64,000 nucleotides of DNA from Alphaproteobacteria bacterium (GCA_028289425.1 JANQPL010000001.1:194503-258502); one strand, 5' to 3'; shown: positions 39,273 through 49,337, numbered from the stretch's first letter. Notes: generated from the sequence alone by a model not told the origin. A program made the numbers and translations.

Positions 39273-41795
39273 TCAATCCGGGCGGCGGCACGAAAGGTCC
39301 CCTAAATCGACAAATTGCTCGTCCCGCTTAGGTTCTAGATCCGGCAGATTGATCGTGCAGATGGTTGACCCGCCGGCTGTCCCCTCAAATGCTGAAACAC
39401 CTGCCGGCGCATCCAAAATGAAGTAACCGGCTTCGTCGGTTTGATGACGGTCGCCTGCCACATTCAGGCGCATGTTGGCGACCGGGCTACCGTTCTCATC
39501 CACCACCCGGCCAAACAAACTTACCAAACGCAAGAATCTTGGGTTGAGCCCAACAATATTGCCTGGAAATGTGATGACTTGCAGGGTTCCGGCGTCATAG
39601 CCCAGCGCGCCGCCACTCTCTGGACGGAACCGCAACGCGTGGCGCCGAAATTGCGGCAAGGGAACGAATGTGACCTTGCGATCTAAATCCCGCGATCTTC
39701 CGTCTATGGTGAGCTGAACTTGCCGGTCGCTGTCATTTCCGTCGAGATCAATCATCACACCTCCTTCTGCTATCCGAACGCCGGCCATATCGAGTTTCTT
39801 TGGTGTAACTGCCAGCGTGGTCGCCGCCGATCCGAAATAGTTCGTACGACGATCGGGCGAGAATGTGTGATCGATTCGGGCATCTGCGATCACGCGGGCC
39901 GCGGCAACGTTGCCATCCACCCCGATGATTGGATCCGTTCCGGTACTGTTATTGATCCGTGCACCGACAGACCACGGATGTCGCGCCCTTGGCTTTGATC
40001 TTAAGATCCAGCGCCCTTGCTGAACTGCCTCCGTCCCCCGTCGATTGCCGGACAATTGACGCCGAGCGCCGACGGTGCCGGACAGCGTACTGCGCCCCCT
40101 TGTTAGGGAAATTCGGAAGCGCAATTCGATCCGTTTCTCGCGCCCCGTGCCTTGATAACCAAGCGTAAGTTGGCCCCTGGTGGCACGGTCCCATAGAGGC
40201 ACCGACCGGTTCCACGTGATGCCGTAGCTCGTTCCGCTTCGAAGATTGTCGCGTTTTGCGTAACGGCCAAAACCGCTCAGCCAGCCGCCAACTAAAGGCA
40301 CGGGCGCGGAGACATTGACGGTTGCGTCTGTATTTCGCCCTAAAATGAACTGGCGAAACGGGTGGCGTTGTTCGTCAAGAAATGAATGGCGGCCTCGCGC
40401 ATTCAGATTGATATTCCGGTAGGACCCGGAAACATTCGCAACACCCCCATACCCGCCTTTGCTGGTGGCAAGCCCGGTGACTTCCCAAAACAATGGTCCC
40501 TGAAAGCCATTCACCGAGCTTTCCAAAAAACCAACCCGGTCCAGCACACCGACCCGCGCGGAGATCAACTCGCGAAGACCGATGGGGCGGCCCGCCCGCA
40601 CTGCGCCGTATATCACCCCCTCATCGCCGTCTCCAAACCGATTTGTGTTTCTTTCGCGTGTCACACCGCCTTGGACAGAGAATGACCATTGGCGGACAGC
40701 GCTGGTTCGGCTGAAGAATCTTTGCTCCTGGCGCTCCTCGCCGCTTTCGTCTCGGATATTGATTTGAACTTCATATGATCCGGAGGGAAAACGACTGGTG
40801 GGAATGCGGGCGGGTCCGGCCTCCAAGAAATCGCTATATAGAAGTTGTCCGCCTCGAAATACATCCACATAAGAGGGGCGGGACAGAAACAGGACGACTG
40901 GGGAGTCGACAGTGGTGGCCTGCAAGTCCTGCGTGAGATCCGTGGTGTGAATTTCCCCACCGATGAGATCCAGCTGCGAAAAAAATTCTGAGCTCTCCGA
41001 AAGGAAGAATCCCCCTGCCGCGCGATAACGACCCCGAAAGGTTTGTGCGCCTGCGCGAAAGAACGACACGTCGCCGTCTTGATTGGCAAAGCCGGTGACA
41101 AATAAGCTATCTGGGCCTCGGCCTGCAATGGACTCGAAAGACAGAGAGCCATTCGTCTGCGAACCTCCGTCACTTGCCGTTCCAGCAAGCCGGGCATTCA
41201 GCGATGTGATAAGACCAAATTGTTTCGGATGGGTTGGTGCGAGAGGGGGCGGCGGAATTCGGAACTCTGCGGAACGGTAAAGATCAAGGCGCTGATTTTC
41301 AGTATCCACGAGGATACCGAAACGCCCAAGCACTGGAGGCGTACACGATGTATCTTCGGTGACCAAACAGGCTGATTTTCCGTTAAGGGTGAGGCTGCGG
41401 TTTAAGCGTTGCACGAACTTATCCCGATTGCGTAGCCCGTCGATGAGATCCGCGACGCGGGTTGGATCGTCGAATGTCAGTTTGTGCTCGGATATGGAAA
41501 CGAGTATGTCGCCACGTCGCGTGCCGTCCACATAGAAATCCACATAGAATTCACCTTCGGTGGTTGGGCGGCGGTCCGCCCCTTCTCCATCAAGGGGACT
41601 CACCAAATCCAGAAATTCCTTTGGGATGCCGGTCGGAAGCCTTTCGGATTGGGCCAAAACCATGCTCGTGCCGAGGAACCACAGGCAAAAACCACCATGC
41701 AGAACGGTGCTCAAGCCTGGCCGAAAACTCGGCCAAGTCCGACAAAGGCGCGATAACCCGCGGCGCCTGTGCCCCCATTTTCCACCGCACACCAT
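39273..41795 (-). CDS. Fimbrial outer-membrane usher (chaperone-usher pathway)
   Basis: About 840 aa; N-terminal EGEFYVDFYVDGTRRGDILVSI usher motif; C-terminal DEAGYFILDAPAGV and a terminal Cys pair (CTINLPDLEPKRDEQFVDLGDLSC). Confidence 0.7.
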   Translation of the reverse strand: MVCGGKWGHRRRGLSRLCRTWPSFRPGLSTVLHGGFCLWFLGTSMVLAQSERLPTGIPKEFLDLVSPLDGEGADRRPTTEGEFYVDFYVDGTRRGDILVSISEHKLTFDDPTRVADLIDGLRNRDKFVQRLNRSLTLNGKSACLVTEDTSCTPPVLGRFGILVDTENQRLDLYRSAEFRIPPPPLAPTHPKQFGLITSLNARLAGTASDGGSQTNGSLSFESIAGRGPDSLFVTGFANQDGDVSFFRAGAQTFRGRYRAAGGFFLSESSEFFSQLDLIGGEIHTTDLTQDLQATTVDSPVVLFLSRPSYVDVFRGGQLLYSDFLEAGPARIPTSRFPSGSYEVQINIRDESGEERQEQRFFSRTSAVRQWSFSVQGGVTRERNTNRFGDGDEGVIYGAVRAGRPIGLRELISARVGVLDRVGFLESSVNGFQGPLFWEVTGLATSKGGYGGVANVSGSYRNINLNARGRHSFLDEQRHPFRQFILGRNTDATVNVSAPVPLVGGWLSGFGRYAKRDNLRSGTSYGITWNRSVPLWDRATRGQLTLGYQGTGREKRIELRFRISLTRGRSTLSGTVGARRQLSGNRRGTEAVQQGRWILRSKPRARHPWSVGARINNSTGTDPIIGVDGNVAAARVIADARIDHTFSPDRRTNYFGSAATTLAVTPKKLDMAGVRIAEGGVMIDLDGNDSDRQVQLTIDGRSRDLDRKVTFVPLPQFRRHALRFRPESGGALGYDAGTLQVITFPGNIVGLNPRFLRLVSLFGRVVDENGSPVANMRLNVAGDRHQTDEAGYFILDAPAGVSAFEGTAGGSTICTINLPDLEPKRDEQFVDLGDLSCRRPD

Positions 41796-41950
41796 AAGGT
41801 TTAGGAATGCCCAGCCTACCGCCCCCACGCATCATCAAAATTGGGTACGTCGTGGCGCTATTTGGGCCGGAACCTTGCGATCGACGCCAAAAATGATTGC
41901 CGTGCTTACTTCCAGCCGAGGCCCGAAACGCTAACAAAGCTTTTCGGCGG

Positions 41951-41980
41951 TTATACCCAATCATGATGATGCGCAATTTT
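41951..41980. promoter_or_regulatory. ATACCCAA dyad box (TTATACCCAATCATGATGATGCGCAATTTT), copy 3, in the divergent usher/pilin region
   Basis: About 100 nt upstream of pilin 2. Confidence 0.45.
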
Positions 41981-42051
41981 CTGCGCGACCGTAGCGTCGG
42001 GCGATGGATTGAACTTATGGGCCCCTCAATTAGGGCAATAGGGAGGTTGTG

Positions 42052-42627
42052 ATGCTAAGGTTCGCCCTCGCGACAATGAGCTTCCTGCTGATAGGATTGA
42101 CGTCAGGAAACGCTCAAGTATCCGACGATATCAGTGTTGATGTTGAAGTAACGGCACAGCCACAGATATCGATAACAATTCCGGGCGCCGATGTTCTCTT
42201 TACATCGGATGGCGCAACGGTCTCTCCTGGCAGCATTACATCCGGCATTTGCTTTGCGACCAACTTGTCCGATGTGCGGGTAACCGTCGCCAAGCTTAAT
42301 GGGATAAACAATGGCCTTCCCTCGCTCATAAGCAAAGACGTGAACGATTTCTTCAACTACAATCTGGATGGCGTTGTGTTTGGGGTCGGCGGCTCTCTCC
42401 AGTTTAATACGACCGATTCTAGGGACTATGACCTCACATCGGCAACGACCGGCCAATCAGGCTGTCCCGCTAATGACTATCGTTTTTCGTTCACGGTCGG
42501 TCCCATAGACGCCCCTGTGGGGTCACTTCGCAGTATTCAAGAGGTGGTCGCGGACAATGGCCTCGATGATGGCACGACGTATGTGTTTACGGACGTGCTG
42601 ACGATTACCTTTGAACCTGTTCTCTAG
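42052..42627 (+). CDS. Csu/SCPU-type fimbrial subunit (pilin paralog 2)
   Basis: Signal peptide ...GNAQVSDDISVDVEVTAQP, two Cys, C-terminal LTITFEPVL. GGGAGG 5 nt upstream of the ATG. Confidence 0.6.
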   Translation: MLRFALATMSFLLIGLTSGNAQVSDDISVDVEVTAQPQISITIPGADVLFTSDGATVSPGSITSGICFATNLSDVRVTVAKLNGINNGLPSLISKDVNDFFNYNLDGVVFGVGGSLQFNTTDSRDYDLTSATTGQSGCPANDYRFSFTVGPIDAPVGSLRSIQEVVADNGLDDGTTYVFTDVLTITFEPVL

Positions 42628-42653
42628 CATCCTTACGAAACGATGGAATTAGG

Positions 42654-43211
42654 ATGACAAAGAAATTCTATATGGCAGCCGCTTTCCTTCTTGGGGCGGG
42701 CCAGCCCACGGTCGCTCAAGTGTCTGACGACGTCAACGTTGATGTAACGATTCAGGTGGCGGCACCCGAAGTCTTCTTGTCCAATCTCAATGATTTGAGC
42801 GTGACCTATGACGGTACGGCCCTTGGCGGCAATCAAGCCGATTCGTTTTGCATTTTTGCGGGTGAAAGCTTCTTGCTCACGCTGACAAGCAGCAATGGGG
42901 CCAATGGCGACTTTATCCTCGCGGGTGACGGTTCCGGTATCATTTACGATGTTAATATCATCGCCGATTTTGACTTTGAGCCCATCACCGATGATGGCGA
43001 GACATTTGACCACGCCGTGACGGAAACGATTGACGGTACGAGCCTGTCGACGGATCCGACATGCTCCGAGGGCGACAATATGTTGTTGGAAATTATTTTC
43101 CCATTGGGGGGAGCAAACAATTTGGACGTCGTGACGGCGAGCCAATTGTCAGATGGTGCAGAATATCTGTATCAAGATGTTTTGACACTCACCCTTGCGC
43201 CAAGCATCTGA
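42654..43211 (+). CDS. Csu/SCPU-type fimbrial subunit (pilin paralog 3)
   Basis: ...VAQVSDDVNVDVTIQV; C-terminal LTLTLAPSI. Confidence 0.6.
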   Translation: MTKKFYMAAAFLLGAGQPTVAQVSDDVNVDVTIQVAAPEVFLSNLNDLSVTYDGTALGGNQADSFCIFAGESFLLTLTSSNGANGDFILAGDGSGIIYDVNIIADFDFEPITDDGETFDHAVTETIDGTSLSTDPTCSEGDNMLLEIIFPLGGANNLDVVTASQLSDGAEYLYQDVLTLTLAPSI

Positions 43212-43368
43212 TTCGTGGTCGTGTGTCATTTGGTTTGGGTATGATTACGTTAAGTTCTCGTAAGCCAAAGCCTGCAAATCTGCTTTCTAAACTGGCAACA
43301 GCCTTAACTTAACGGGACTGAAATCCAAAGACGGCAGACTTGCCTCTTGATTTGAGAGGCAAGCAATC

Positions 43369-43926
43369 ATGCGTTTGGGTCTTTTGGTTCCGGTCATCAG
43401 CGGCGCGCTTTTGTGCGGTGGTCCAGCTTTCGCGCAAGTAAGTGACACGATTGGCGTAAGACTCACAATTCAAACCAAACCCAAGGAAATCCTTGTGTCG
43501 GGCCTCGACGATATCGCTATTGGATATGACGGCGCCGCCATCAGTGGAGATCCGGGCGATGCGTTCTGTTTGTTTGCCGACAGTAATTTCACCATGAAAT
43601 TTGCGAGCCGCAACGGACAGGCTGGGCGTTTCTTCCTTTCGGGTAGCGGGCGGCCGATTGTGTACGATGTAAATGTACGTTCCGGTTCGGGCCTGACGCC
43701 TATTACAGAGCGGGATTTCTTCGAACATAACATTGCAGCGTCCATCCCGAAGAATGCAGTCTTTGAGGATCGGACTTGTGCCAATGGCGACAATGTGCGT
43801 TTGGAAATTAGTTTTCCGGAAGACGGCCAGTTCGGATTGCCCACTGTGACCGATCAGGATTTGTCGGACGGCAAACCTCATACGTACCAGGATTTGCTGA
43901 CCGTCACGCTTGAGCCGACTTTGTAG
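43369..43926 (+). CDS. Csu/SCPU-type fimbrial subunit (pilin paralog 4)
   Basis: ...FAQVSDTIGVRLTIQT; C-terminal LLTVTLEPTL. Confidence 0.6.
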   Translation: MRLGLLVPVISGALLCGGPAFAQVSDTIGVRLTIQTKPKEILVSGLDDIAIGYDGAAISGDPGDAFCLFADSNFTMKFASRNGQAGRFFLSGSGRPIVYDVNVRSGSGLTPITERDFFEHNIAASIPKNAVFEDRTCANGDNVRLEISFPEDGQFGLPTVTDQDLSDGKPHTYQDLLTVTLEPTL

Positions 43927-43941
43927 CTCAGTCACTGGGCC

Positions 43942-44625
43942 CTAGAAGCTTATTTCACCGACTTGATCGGCATAAAGAATTTTAAATTCAACTGTCTCAC
44001 GTTCGCGTGGCAAAGAGATGGTTTTCTCCTGCCCAGCCAGAACACGAAACCGGTCGATTGACGCGCAAGAATCTCTCGAAGAGCTTGTACATTGTTTTCC
44101 GCCTGTCAGTTCCGCATGGGTGTTGCCGGTGTTTCTTACAGTCAGGGTTCGCCCATTGCGCACCCCTGAAATTTTTGGAGCCGCGCCTTCCGGCCGAACG
44201 AAAACCCACGCCGCATAAGCAATGAGCACCTTCACGCCGATTAGATCCTCGCTTTCCACCTCACCAACCACGGGTGTGACGGTCACTTTGAAGAAGCGGT
44301 CTGCTGTCGGATTCTCCAAAGCGACCAGGCGAATGCGTTTTTCCTCGCCAGGATCCAGGACCAAGCGCTGGGGCGATACGAGGAGGCCTAGTTCTCGAGG
44401 GTCTTTAACGTTGCGGGTCACCTCTCCTTCAAGGCCGGGATTCAATACCTCTTCCGCCGTGACCTTGAGATACAAACGTTCATCCCCAAGGTTCGAGGCA
44501 AAGATTTGGTTAGAGGGCCGGCCGGGAAACAAATCCACAAAAATGTCGCTGATCTTAAGCTGAGCTTGGGCCGAGCTCATGCTGCTCAACAAAACGGCAA
44601 TGGCCAGGACAATCCGCGCGAACAT
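43942..44625 (-). CDS. Periplasmic pilus chaperone (PapD/CsuC-like)
   Basis: Signal peptide MFARIVLAIAVLLSSMSSAQAQ; 227 aa; Ig-like chaperone pattern (RLYLKVTAEEV..., FRVLAGQEKTISL). Confidence 0.6.
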   Translation of the reverse strand: MFARIVLAIAVLLSSMSSAQAQLKISDIFVDLFPGRPSNQIFASNLGDERLYLKVTAEEVLNPGLEGEVTRNVKDPRELGLLVSPQRLVLDPGEEKRIRLVALENPTADRFFKVTVTPVVGEVESEDLIGVKVLIAYAAWVFVRPEGAAPKISGVRNGRTLTVRNTGNTHAELTGGKQCTSSSRDSCASIDRFRVLAGQEKTISLPRERETVEFKILYADQVGEISF

Positions 44626-44693
44626 TTGAGGCCTTCCTACAAAAGACGGAAATGCGTACCGGCGTTCATTGTGGATTCTGGGCGTCCGCTTCG

Positions 44694-44730
44694 CATACCC
44701 AATTTTGGTGATGTGCGTGAATTTTCATGT
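44694..44730. promoter_or_regulatory. ATACCCAA dyad box (GCATACCCAATTTTGGTGATGTGCGTG...), copy 4
   Basis: About 70 nt upstream of the chaperone start at the right edge of the pilus locus. Confidence 0.45.
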
Positions 44731-44755
44731 TCCTATTCGATGCTTTGGCGCAGGC

Positions 44756-46219
44756 TTAGCAGGTCATTCCGTCCGCATGATGTGACTTCGCGCCGGATTC
44801 TTTTCGCGCGACGGCAAGCAGCTTTAACGTTTGGGCGTGATGGCTCTTTGAGATCCGGTAGCGGGTAAGGAACAAAAAGGACACCACGCCGCCCAGCGCA
44901 AGCACCGGGCCATCGACAATCGCTAGGGCAGTGAGCGTGTCCGCCGGTACTTGTCCAACGGTCGCGTTGACAGGAAAGTTGATGAGATCAAGCGCGATCC
45001 CGCCAATCCAGGTCCCCACTCCAATTAGGGCCTTGCCGGCAAAGGCATAAATGCCGAAGAAGATTCCTTCCTGGCGGCGCCCGGTCTGCAATTCGTGTTC
45101 GTCAATGCAATCGGCGACCATAGAGCCACCCAACACCGTTGTCGCCGCGCCGCCAAATCCGGCAAGCGCAGCCATGACCATCAGTGCAGGAAATGTTGTT
45201 GCATGGTCGCCCGGCGAAAGAATGCCGACCAGAGCAAGACAAGGCGGCAAGATTACGAAGCCGCACCACCACGCCAGGCCCAGCATGAAGGCCGGTTTCT
45301 TCTCCACATAGCGCGTCAAATAGGCCCAGACGGGAATCGACAATGCCGTCGACAGAGTTCCAACAATCACCAGTGAAAAGTTCTGATCGGAACTTAACTG
45401 CCAATAGTGGATGTTCATGTGCAGGAGCAATGTGTATCGCGCACCATTGACTGCATAAAAGCCGAGTATGCCCAGGAACAAGGCCAAGAAGTTTGGCTGC
45501 GTCAGCGCTTCCGCGTTCTCGCGCAGAAAGCCGCCAATGTCTAACCGGCGGCTGGATGGCGCCTGCGATAAAAAGGGGACTCGCGATAAGGTTCCAAAAA
45601 CGCTGACCAGGACCAAAAGAGTCATCATGACGCCCAGTCCGAGTGCGAAGGGAAAGTAGGCATCGGCGTTGAGCTGGCCATTGGGATGTTGCACGCTGTC
45701 GGCAAAGAAATAGCCAAAGCCGATCGCCATGGCGGCCACGTACCCAAACAAAGAGAAGAACTGTCTGACCGCCACGATGCGATTTCGTTCATGGTAACCG
45801 GACGCAAGTTCGGCGCCCAATGCCATATGCGGGACGTAAAACAACGTCAGCGCGAGCCTGGCTGCGATGTTGAAAGCACACAACCAGCCGAACAACCAGA
45901 AAGAAGAGAGGTCGGCAGGCGGCGAAAAAAGCGCAACCACGCTGACCGCAAGCGGCACGGCGGATGCAAGCATCAAGGGATGGCGCCGGCCCCAAGAGGT
46001 TTTAAGGCGGTCTGAAATGGCGCCCGCAAGCGGGTCCGAGATGGCATCGAACACAAGACCGATAAGCAGCGCCGTACCGGCAAGCCCCGCACCAAGCCCG
46101 AGAACCTGATTGTAATAGAAGAAAAGGAAGACGGAAAAGGAACTGGTAAACAATCCTTCCGCCATCTGACCAATGCCGTAAGCGTATCGCTCTCGGAGGG
46201 TCAGCGGGACTTGGTGCAC
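44756..46219 (-). CDS. MFS transporter, GPH (glycoside-pentoside-hexuronide:cation symporter)-like
   Basis: YAYGIGQMAEGLFTSSFSVFLFFYYNQVLGL...DAISDPLAGAISDRLKTSWGRRHP is typical of the GPH family; GTG start at 46219. Confidence 0.7.
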   Translation of the reverse strand: MHQVPLTLRERYAYGIGQMAEGLFTSSFSVFLFFYYNQVLGLGAGLAGTALLIGLVFDAISDPLAGAISDRLKTSWGRRHPLMLASAVPLAVSVVALFSPPADLSSFWLFGWLCAFNIAARLALTLFYVPHMALGAELASGYHERNRIVAVRQFFSLFGYVAAMAIGFGYFFADSVQHPNGQLNADAYFPFALGLGVMMTLLVLVSVFGTLSRVPFLSQAPSSRRLDIGGFLRENAEALTQPNFLALFLGILGFYAVNGARYTLLLHMNIHYWQLSSDQNFSLVIVGTLSTALSIPVWAYLTRYVEKKPAFMLGLAWWCGFVILPPCLALVGILSPGDHATTFPALMVMAALAGFGGAATTVLGGSMVADCIDEHELQTGRRQEGIFFGIYAFAGKALIGVGTWIGGIALDLINFPVNATVGQVPADTLTALAIVDGPVLALGGVVSFLFLTRYRISKSHHAQTLKLLAVARKESGAKSHHADGMTC

Positions 46220-46227
46220 GATGAGGT

Positions 46228-47226
46228 CTATCGTGCGTGTTCGGCGAGAAACGCGACCGTCGCCTCGCGAACTTGATCGCCCTCAATACCCCACCAGCAG
46301 AAGTGGCCGCCCGCCCGAACGGTAACAAACACGCCATCGGGCCGCTGCTGTTGAACATAGGTCTGATGGTCGATGGGCACATCCGTATCGACCGGACTGT
46401 GCGCGGATAAGAGCGGAGTTTCTGGATGCCGGAAGGGGCCGTACCATTCGCCCTCGGTCAATTCCAATTCGTACATCATGCCCTCAAAGCGGACGCTCAT
46501 GGGTGTAATGGACTTGATGAACTCGATGAGCTCCTGCTTCCGCCCCAACACCACCAGCTCTTCATGGATAATCTTCTTGGTCTCTTCCTCGCTCAGATCT
46601 GCCTCGGTACGGAGGAACTCGGTCATGAGGGACGCGGGAAAGAAGCGGGCCGAGCGCGCCATTGACCACGAGATCAAATCTTTGACACTTGCCGGCGATT
46701 GCAGCACCGCTCTTGCAAGCGGCGTGTCCGCCGTATCCGGGTTGGGAACGTAGGTCTTGGAGATGGCCGACCAGAGAATGAGACTCTTCGACTTGTGGGG
46801 ATACCGGTCGGCAAAGAAGATTGCACCGGGCCCGCCCATGGAAACGCCAAGAATATGGGCTTTATCGATTCCTAGAGCATCAAGGAGGGCGGCCGCATCG
46901 TCCGCTTGCGTTTCAAACGTCACATCGTCGGTTAGCGGCCGGCCGAGATAGCCTTCGCGGTTGACCGATATCAGTCTGTATCCTTTGTCCACAAGCCACT
47001 GAAAATGCGTGACACCATCGGGCCCAGATCCGCCACCATAAATGTAAAGAATGGGTTCGCCCAACCCAATGTCCGTGTACGAAAGTGTTGTGCCACCCAC
47101 CTCTACCGTCTTGAGCTGTTTCTTTATCGAGGCCAAATGGGCGCTTCGCCACCACAAGAAATCAATCGTGATCGCAAGCAGTAGAAGAACGGCCACCACT
47201 CCGATTATCGTTATGACTTTGATCAT
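46228..47226 (-). CDS. Membrane-anchored alpha/beta hydrolase
   Basis: N-terminal TM helix (MIKVITIIGVVAVLLLLAITI), then the alpha/beta-hydrolase core with GVSMGG nucleophile elbow. The long upstream ORF extension to 47775 overlaps the SDR and is rejected. Confidence 0.65.
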   Translation of the reverse strand: MIKVITIIGVVAVLLLLAITIDFLWWRSAHLASIKKQLKTVEVGGTTLSYTDIGLGEPILYIYGGGSGPDGVTHFQWLVDKGYRLISVNREGYLGRPLTDDVTFETQADDAAALLDALGIDKAHILGVSMGGPGAIFFADRYPHKSKSLILWSAISKTYVPNPDTADTPLARAVLQSPASVKDLISWSMARSARFFPASLMTEFLRTEADLSEEETKKIIHEELVVLGRKQELIEFIKSITPMSVRFEGMMYELELTEGEWYGPFRHPETPLLSAHSPVDTDVPIDHQTYVQQQRPDGVFVTVRAGGHFCWWGIEGDQVREATVAFLAEHAR

Positions 47227-47306
47227 TCGGTGCCTCCTGGCGCTTCCGTTTTTATTTGCTTTGAAACCCTCACCGGCGAAGGGCCCGCTACGCCCATAGG
47301 CCTGAC

Positions 47307-48071
47307 CTACGAACTGTCGGCGGATGGCGCATTCTCCACACCCCCAAAGGCCGACCAACCGCCATCCACGGGCAGAACGGCCCCTGTGATAAAACTTGCA
47401 AGTTCCGATAGGAGGAATACGGCGGCATTGGCGACTTCTTGTGCTTTGCCAGGCCGTCCCAGCGGGACGCGCTGTTCGATGGCGCTGATGCCGTAAGGCA
47501 CCTGATCGGTCATCACATCCGCCATGGGCGCCTGGATAAATCCGGGAGCGATTGCGTTGACACGAATTCCGAAGCGAGACAGATCGCAGGCCATTGTCCG
47601 CGTCATCATGATGACACCGGCTTTGCTGACGCCATAGGCATTGGACGCGGGCAACCCGACCATGCCGGCGACGGAGGCGATGTTTACGATCGCACCGCCT
47701 TCCTGCATGCATTTGGCGCCATCCCGGGACATCAGAAAGACGCTCTGCAGATTGACATCGATAACGCGCCGCCAATCATCAGCTGACTGACGCATGGTTC
47801 CCTTTATCGGTTCCGCGACCCCCGCATTGTTCACAAGCCCGTCCAATCCGCCCAGAATGTCCGCCGCTTCTTGAACCACACCATTGACCGATGCTTCGTC
47901 GGACACGTCGCCTGCAACGGCGCCCGCCACATCACTTTCGGTTTTCGCTTGGGCAATTCGCTCTTCGTCGATGTCATTGATCACCACGCGCGCGCCAGAT
48001 TTTACCAACGACACCGCGATCGCAAACCCAATGCCGCCGGCGGCGCCGGTGACCAAAACGCGCCTCCCCAT
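47307..48071 (-). CDS. SDR family oxidoreductase
   Basis: RRVLVTGAAGGIGFAIA cofactor motif; 254 aa. Confidence 0.8.
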   Translation of the reverse strand: MGRRVLVTGAAGGIGFAIAVSLVKSGARVVINDIDEERIAQAKTESDVAGAVAGDVSDEASVNGVVQEAADILGGLDGLVNNAGVAEPIKGTMRQSADDWRRVIDVNLQSVFLMSRDGAKCMQEGGAIVNIASVAGMVGLPASNAYGVSKAGVIMMTRTMACDLSRFGIRVNAIAPGFIQAPMADVMTDQVPYGISAIEQRVPLGRPGKAQEVANAAVFLLSELASFITGAVLPVDGGWSAFGGVENAPSADSS

Positions 48072-48255
48072 CAGATTTATGTTCGATTGGCCGCTAATTT
48101 CCTATCTCCCCAGAAGCTGCGCGCATCGGATCATCCTCGGCCGGCGTTCGTTTCGCCGACCGAATTGTAGCCATCCTTCCGTACGCGTTTTTATCGGGCC
48201 GTGCCGGTAAAAGCGGTTTCACGTCGGATCCGTATTGCCAATGGTAGATAATATT

Positions 48256-48269
48256 AGTACAAATGTACA
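48256..48269. promoter_or_regulatory. TGTACA-NN-TGTACA operator-like site (AGTACAAATGTACA)
   Basis: One of eight or more copies of a two-hexamer palindromic motif between 48.2 and 58 kb; in the divergent SDR/hydrolase promoter region. Confidence 0.5.
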
Positions 48270-48342
48270 GGTTTAATTTTTCAAAGTCTCGACAGACTGA
48301 CGACAACAACGTCGGCAGGATATCGAAGTGTGAGAACGACTA

Positions 48343-49278
48343 ATGTCCGATTCAAATAGACAAGGCACGCAGCAATGGATTGCCTCTGCCGACGATGGAG
48401 CAATCTGCTTCTATACGTGGCACCCGAAAGCATCGACGCCGTGTGGCATCGTTCAAATGGTTCATGGCAGCATCGACCATGCCCGTCGATATGGACAGTT
48501 TGCGGAGTATCTAGCCGCGGCCGGCTACATCGTCGTCGCCAGCGACAATCGCGGCCACGGGAATGCCGCTAGCATCTCCGGAGGCCTTGGTGCTACGGGC
48601 CCGGACGCATGGAACGGCATCGTTGGCGATCTGGATTCATTGTCCAGACACATTCAAGACAAATACCCTTCCTTGCCTTTGTACCTGGTCGGCCACGCCA
48701 TGGGCACGCTGCTGGTCCTCGACTATGCCCAACGGTACGGGGATCGATTGTCGGGCATGGTTCTAAGTTCACCCTTGCCGCCAACGGAAAACGTCGACCA
48801 GGTGATCGGCGCGCTTGAGGCCTATGTGTCCGAGCATGGCCCGGATGTGCCGGCGGAAGGAATCGAAGACAGCATTGCCAAGTACAATGCCCCTTTTGAA
48901 CCGGCAACATCGAAGTGGGCCTGGTTCACGCGGGATCCGGAACAGCTGCTTGCCTACGAAGAAGATCCTCAATGTGGCTTTGTGGAGCGGGTTGGGTTCT
49001 TGCTGGAGCTTTCCCGCGCGGAAAAAAAGATCCGGCAAACGGAGAATATGGCCAAGATTCCGCGCGGCCTGCCGGTGCTCATCTTGGCCGGACAAGCCAA
49101 CCCGGTGGTGGAATTTGGCCAACTGGCGCTGACGATGAAGAGCATGCTGGAGCAAGAAAAATTCACCGACGTCACGAGCAAAATCTATACCGACGCCCGT
49201 CACCAGCTTCTTCATGAAGTCAATCGCGAAGAGGTGTACCAAGACATTCTTGAGTGGATTGAGCAGCGCGCCTCATAG
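48343..49278 (+). CDS. Alpha/beta hydrolase (lysophospholipase/monoacylglycerol-lipase-like, Hydrolase_4 type)
   Basis: HGSIDHARRY...GHAMGT nucleophile elbow; 311 aa. Confidence 0.7.
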   Translation: MSDSNRQGTQQWIASADDGAICFYTWHPKASTPCGIVQMVHGSIDHARRYGQFAEYLAAAGYIVVASDNRGHGNAASISGGLGATGPDAWNGIVGDLDSLSRHIQDKYPSLPLYLVGHAMGTLLVLDYAQRYGDRLSGMVLSSPLPPTENVDQVIGALEAYVSEHGPDVPAEGIEDSIAKYNAPFEPATSKWAWFTRDPEQLLAYEEDPQCGFVERVGFLLELSRAEKKIRQTENMAKIPRGLPVLILAGQANPVVEFGQLALTMKSMLEQEKFTDVTSKIYTDARHQLLHEVNREEVYQDILEWIEQRAS

Positions 49279-49337
49279 CTGAAATCGCCACGCCCAAACC
49301 TGCCATTCCCCTTGCAATCCTCATCTTATCAAATTAC

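Noticed and set aside
43660-43690. Pair of TGTAC pentamers 8 nt apart inside pilin paralog 4 coding sequence
   Set aside because: Spacing and flanks differ from the TGTACA-NN-TGTACA operator; it is within codons for IVYDVNV. Treated as chance.
46228-47775. 515-aa version of the alpha/beta-hydrolase ORF with an Arg/Cys-rich 183-aa N-terminal extension
   Set aside because: The extension overlaps the SDR gene at 47307..48071 in another frame and has no protein-like composition. An internal ATG at about 47226 precedes a TM helix and gives a sensible 333-aa hydrolase.
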